This document shows, piece by piece, positions 8,307-12,968 of a DNA stretch of 12,968 nt. The notes beneath the pieces were generated by a model, which saw only the letters and a list, made by a program, of their open reading frames with translations, did no database searches and was not told where the DNA came from. Made by a program: the position numbers and the translations under genes. Where the stretch lies: positions 1-12,968 of the forward strand of contig CBDAOC010000003.1 in assembly GCA_965197925.1 (NCBI GenBank), written 5' to 3'. Each line of letters opens with the position of its first letter. The first letter of the stretch is position 1. Origin of the DNA: Nitrososphaerales archaeon (GTDB taxonomy: Archaea; Thermoproteota; Nitrososphaeria; Nitrososphaerales; UBA213).

Positions 8307-9293
8307 GATCTGTCCTCTCTAGCTAAATTTGTGATAAAAGCTAAGAAAAAGAGCATGCCGACCATATGGAATATACCAGACAATCTATGGGAAGAGTTCA
8401 AACTAGTGTTGCCACCAGAGAAACCAGCAAGAACAGTTGGAAGACCGGCCGTGCCATTTAGAAAAGTATTGAATGGAATACTGTATGTATTAAGAACTGG
8501 ATGCCAGTGGAAGAAGGTATCTAAAGAATTTGGTTCTGGTTCAACTTGCCATGCAAGATTTCAGGAATGGATTGGGATAGGAGTATTCGAAAAGGTATGG
8601 AAGAGGCTGCTGGAAATATATGATGAATTGAAGGGTATAGGATGGGACTGGCAATCCATGGATAGCGTACCGAAGGCCCCATTAGGGGGAAAACGACCGG
8701 AGCAAACCCAACGGATAGAGGTAAGCTAGGTACCAAACGTCACATGCTGGTTGATAGAAGAGGTATTCCTCTCTCATCTGTAATTACTGAAGCAAATAAA
8801 CACGATATGAAATCAGCCTTTCCTACAATAGATAGCATTGTTGTTGATAGGCCCAAAGTTAAACAGAACATATGCATGAATAGGATATGATTTCCCTGAG
8901 ATAGAGTATGGAGTTAGGAAGGGGATATGTGGATCACATTCGTCATAAGGGTGAAGTATTGAAAAAGAATTTGTACAAAGCAAAGAGATGGGTTGTAGAA
9001 AGAACCGCATCCTGGCATAATAGGTTCAGAAAGTTATTGGTAAGGTTCGAGAAGAAGAAGGAAAATTATCAGGCGCTAGTAGAATTTGCTAACTGCCTAA
9101 TAGTGTATAGAGCGATATATTGGTAGTGTCATAAACACGTTAATGCAACTGTTTCTAGTATCTACTATCTACAATACTAATAAAATCAATAGTAAGAAAA
9201 CTAAACCCGACAGTTTGAACTAATATTCTTGCATTCTAAATGTTATCATTTCTACCAATCATTAACTATCAGCTAGAATTTTAGGATAGGCTC
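8307..9293 (+). mobile_element. IS5-family element (IS402/IS427-like), copy 2; right IR present, left IR not found
   Basis: Homology with copy 1 begins at 8307. Right IR AATTTTAGGATAGGCTC at 9277-9293 is followed by TTA. Confidence 0.88.
8331..9126 (+). pseudogene. IS5-family transposase pseudogene
   Basis: GTG8331 OrfA runs to 8729 with a -1 heptamer G GGA AAA at 8687-8693. OrfB is broken near 8880 (DKGY lost) and 8921. C-terminus is RWVVERTASWHNRFRKLLVRFEKK. Confidence 0.9.
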
Positions 9294-9328
9294 TTAGTTT
9301 AATTTTCCTTAAGTATCGGCGGAAAACT

Positions 9329-10111
9329 ATGAGAGGTATGGAATTAACTTACTATAAGGAAAGCTATCTAGACAGGGTTTTTAGAAAGGGTGGAATCCAA
9401 AGAAGCCGTAAGATTGCAGGGTTGGCTTGGCGAAATTTGATAAGTTTGCTAGACCTAGTGAGCAGATAATTTTGGATATCAGAGAGGGAAGGCTTGACCC
9501 CTATAGAATGCTGGATGATTATGTAGGATACATGGACAAGACCAACATTAACCCGAACAGCATGAGCACGTATATGTAGTGGGTGAGAGGTTACATGATT
9601 TATTCAGATGTGGATATTTCTCCTTACAAATTCAAGCAAAGAGTAATGCTCCCCACAAAACGGATTCAGGGACGCCGAATTGAATAGGGAACAAATTAGT
9701 CGTGTTCTATCTGTACTACCGTTAAAACTTAGGATATTCTACATGATGATCATGACCACTTTGAGACGACCCAACGAAATTATCCATTTACGAGTAAGGG
9801 ACATCAATTTTGACACTAATCCAACTACGATAATGATCCCAGCTAACCTCTCCAAGAAGAGTGGAGGAACGACATTCACAACAATAGAGACTTCAGATCT
9901 AATATTGGATCATATCAAGCGGAATAAGCTGGGAATTGACGATTATATCTTTGGTAAAATACCCATGAGTAAAACACCGGTAGAACAGATGGACTATCTA
10001 TTCCGATATCACATGTGTAAATATTCAGATCTAAACTTAAGAGCCGAAGGAACCAACAGGCATGACATCTATATCTATAGTTTCAAGAAGTTTAGTTATA
10101 CTAGAGAATAA
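9329..10111 (+). pseudogene. tyrosine recombinase/integrase pseudogene
   Basis: N-terminal part (..DPYRMLDDYVGYMDK..INPNSMSTYM*WVRGY) has a TAG at 9577-9579 and shifts near 9427 and 9670. Catalytic box I is TTLRRPNEIIHLRVRDINFD and HxxR is degenerate (IYSFKKF). The ORF ends before the catalytic Tyr. Confidence 0.82.
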
Positions 10112-10216
10112 TGGAAGATAATATAGGATGGATTTTAGTATAATTTCTGGTACAATCTAACCATAAATTTCGATATTGTTAAATGTATAAGGAATAACTA
10201 GCCAATAGGTGTAATA

Positions 10217-11440
10217 ATGGAAGAAGCACAACATATTTCTACACTTCAGGGATACATCTTCGCATGCACTATTAAGACTGAGAAAGAGTGTTTTGACCGC
10301 ATGCTCTTCGCAACTAATAGGATATATGTGGACAAGGTCTATCAGGTTAAGAAAAATGATGCTTTGTTTTTGTTCAACTTGAATACTGATATTCTTTATG
10401 GTGTGTTTAGAGCCAAATCAGATGGGAAAAAGGATATCGTACCAGAAGCTTGGAAAGGAGGCTATCCATATCAGGTAGAAGTATTTAGAGATGGCGAAAT
10501 AAGAGAAGTGAAAAAAGCTTCAAACATACTTTCGAAAATGGGTATAAATTGGAAAGTAACTTTAGATGAAAACAGAACCAAACTGCTGTTAGACTACTTT
10601 GGAAATCCTGTAGAATTTGACTGGGGACCCTTGTTAAGGGAGAGGCATACCGAGAAGAAAGGAAATAATTCTTTGTTAGAAGAGAGTGTGGAAGATAAAC
10701 CAAGGTTATCTACTACAACATTATGGGATTACCCACGCCAAAGTTATGGAAAAAACCCAAAAGGAGATAACAAGTACGCTGGCGTAACTCCAGCATTCAT
10801 TATCTATAACATGATCAAGCGTTATACAGAACCTGGTGATTTGGTTGTAGATCCGATGGCAGGTAGTGGAACAACATTAGAAGTATGTAATGAAGAAGGC
10901 CGTAAGTGCATTGCTTATGACATCTCTCCCCCAAGACCAAATATCATCCAAAATGATGCTAGAAAAATACCACTTTCTGACAATAGTGTAGATATGATAT
11001 TTGTAGATTCTCCGTATGGAGATAATATAAGATACAATGAGCATCCTGATGACATGGGAAAAATTTCTTCAGAGACCGAAATATTTTATGATGAATTGAA
11101 TAAAGTGATGCAGGAATGTCAAAGGATATTGAAGCCTGGAAAAGTTCTTGGTTGGTTAATAGGAGACCAATGGGTTAAGAAAAAATTTACTCCTGTTGGA
11201 TTCAAAATCTATCAGAGATTATGCAAGCATTTTGAGACGGTAGATACTATTTGCGTCGTTCGTAGAGGACAAGCATCGAACACGGGAATATGGTACAACA
11301 GAGCTTTACGTTTTAATTTCTATTTACGTGGTTTCAAATATTTGTTCATAATGAGAAAAGTCCCTTCAAATGATGTTATTAAGAAAGAAAGAAAAATCAG
11401 TTGGTCCCGATATCCTAGGAACAATGTAAAACGAAAGTAA
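10217..11440 (+). CDS. DNA amino-methyltransferase (probably N4-cytosine) with N-terminal DCD domain
   Basis: aa ~12-90 (GYIFACT..TEKECFDRMLF...LFLFN...LYGVFRA.SDG..DIVPEAW...YPYQV) fit the DCD consensus. aa ~163-407 form the MTase: TTLWDYP, motif I DPMAGSGTT (aa 212) and motif IV-like DSPY (aa 264). Confidence 0.9.
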   Translation: MEEAQHISTLQGYIFACTIKTEKECFDRMLFATNRIYVDKVYQVKKNDALFLFNLNTDILYGVFRAKSDGKKDIVPEAWKGGYPYQVEVFRDGEIREVKKASNILSKMGINWKVTLDENRTKLLLDYFGNPVEFDWGPLLRERHTEKKGNNSLLEESVEDKPRLSTTTLWDYPRQSYGKNPKGDNKYAGVTPAFIIYNMIKRYTEPGDLVVDPMAGSGTTLEVCNEEGRKCIAYDISPPRPNIIQNDARKIPLSDNSVDMIFVDSPYGDNIRYNEHPDDMGKISSETEIFYDELNKVMQECQRILKPGKVLGWLIGDQWVKKKFTPVGFKIYQRLCKHFETVDTICVVRRGQASNTGIWYNRALRFNFYLRGFKYLFIMRKVPSNDVIKKERKISWSRYPRNNVKRK

Positions 11441-11467
11441 GTAAAATGAAATCGAAAAGGTAACACA

Positions 11468-12169
11468 ATGAAACTTGCTGATTTAGTAAAGCTCTATGAA
11501 CGTATGAAAGAAGAGTATGGAGTTAATGCTTACAAGCATATTTCTCAACTCTTACGTGATGCTAAAGAAATTCATAAACAGAGCTTCTTGCAAAGTGATA
11601 CTACAAAGCGAGCTATCAATGAAGGAAGAACGCCTGATCATGAACAATCATGGAGAGCTTTCAAAGGCAAAAATCTTGAGAAGTTAATAATGCATATAAT
11701 AGAGGATGAGGTAGAAACACTTGGACTGAAGATAGTAGAAGGCAACACATTAGAAAGGACGAATAGTTCTAACCTCTCCAAAGAATTGAATTCGGTAAAG
11801 AGGAATCTTTTGATTGATTATGGAGAATTTGGTTACCATTTGCCCGATGTTGATCTAATAATCTATAATCCTTCCAAACGTAAAGTTATAGCGGTGATTT
11901 CTAGCAAGGTTACCCTGCGAGAGAGGATAGCGCAAACAGGCTACTGGAAAATTAAACTTTCCAATGACGAGATAACAAAACATGTTAAAGTCTTCTTCAT
12001 AACACCTGACGAGGATGGTACTCTTACTACGAAAAGTCCTGCTAAAAAAGGCAGAGCAATAGTAGAGGTTGATACTGATGGAAGCTATATAATGAGTGAA
12101 ACTAAAGTTGACGAGAGTAATAAAGTCAAGATGTTTGACAAATTTATTGATGATCTGAAAATCTGTTAA
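11468..12169 (+). CDS. type II restriction endonuclease, BsaWI/MjaVI-like (CCGG family)
   Basis: QSWRAFKGKNLE, LPDVD-x-K (PD-X19-K), KVTLRER (the R-(D/E)R motif of CCGG-family enzymes) and a downstream TPDED. Starts 27 bp after the MTase on the same strand. Confidence 0.85.
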   Translation: MKLADLVKLYERMKEEYGVNAYKHISQLLRDAKEIHKQSFLQSDTTKRAINEGRTPDHEQSWRAFKGKNLEKLIMHIIEDEVETLGLKIVEGNTLERTNSSNLSKELNSVKRNLLIDYGEFGYHLPDVDLIIYNPSKRKVIAVISSKVTLRERIAQTGYWKIKLSNDEITKHVKVFFITPDEDGTLTTKSPAKKGRAIVEVDTDGSYIMSETKVDESNKVKMFDKFIDDLKIC

Positions 12170-12238
12170 TTAATTGAGGTATAGGCATAATTCCATAACA
12201 AAAATAACCTGGTGCATCTGATTGATTAACTTCCGAGC

Positions 12239-12710
12239 ATGTGCTTCAATGCCCTTAATGGCCTTGATGTAAGACCGTTATTCAAAAAGAGCCAAGAGAT
12301 TGCAGGAAAGAAACCCAAAATGCTGCTATCTGACGGAGCTAAGAATTTCATGCAGGCTCACAAGAAAGAATGGTACATCCGATACAAGGAAGAACAGACC
12401 CAACATATCATACATATTCACTTCAAAAATGACAGAAATACAAACAAGATGGAACGTCCGAATGGGGAAATCAGAGACCGTGAAAAAGTAATGAGATCTC
12501 TAAAAACTGACGATTCACCAATTATCAAGGGTATGTAGATTTATCATAACTACATTCGTTCCCACATGGGAATTGATGGACATGCCAAGTGAGAAAGCAG
12601 GAATCAAGCTGAGGGACTAAACAGGTGGATTACAATCATTCAAAACTCTCAGGTCTCTACACTTGACAGGAGAAAATTATGAGTCAAAGCCTCGTTAACT
12701 TGACAGAACC
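12239..12710 (+). mobile_element. IS6-family remnant (5'-truncated transposase pseudogene plus right IR)
   Basis: GKKPKMLLSDGA..F and NNKMER-like NTNKMERPNGEIRDREKVMR. Homology reads through TAG12536-12538 (IYHNYIRSHMGIDG..EKAGI..RWITIIQN). Terminal AACTTGACAGAACC (12697-12710) is the reverse complement of GGTTCTGTCAAGTT, an IS6-type end. Confidence 0.88.
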
Positions 12711-12968
12711 GATGAAGGTAATTTTTTTATAGAGTAATATGCCTTGTTGCATAACTATGAAATCCATTACTGAATAACGAAAATATTCTATAATTGTGGT
12801 GAGAATTTCTGAATTGGGTTTTTAATTATTTAATCATAAGACGAAAAATTACAGAATTTTTGAGTTGTGCAACAAAGCAGAGTAATACAATACTAATACA
12901 AAATGAACAATAAACCAGTATGTCCAGAAGGGAAAATGTCCAGTAAAGAACATGGTGTATGTATACCC

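Noticed and set aside
10217..12169. no CCGG site seen within the R-M genes
   Set aside because: Only about 2 sites are expected at this length and GC, and CCGG occurs about ten times elsewhere in the window, so this is not evidence of avoidance.
1..12968. CRISPR array, tRNA or rRNA
   Set aside because: No regularly spaced repeats, cloverleaf or rRNA-like sequence seen on manual reading.

Overview
AT-rich accessory region, probably archaeal. The IS6/IS5 transposase and tyrosine-integrase types suggest Nitrososphaerota (inference). It reads as a decaying mobile/defence island. There are at least six IS copies or remnants, all with dead transposases (IS5 family x5, IS6 family x1), an orphan IS end, a broken tyrosine integrase, a short virus-like gene cluster and an MBL/beta-CASP 3' fragment. 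Defence-type cargo comprises an IS-truncated Schlafen/AlbA_2 gene, a 219-aa putative HEPN RNase and an intact type II restriction-modification pair. The most notable element is that R-M pair: the amino-methyltransferase (10217-11440) carries an N-terminal DCD (EVE/PUA-like, predicted modified-base-reading) domain and is followed by a BsaWI/MjaVI-like CCGG-family endonuclease (11468-12169). No rRNA, tRNA or CRISPR array was seen. All family calls come from motif recognition by eye, not database searches.
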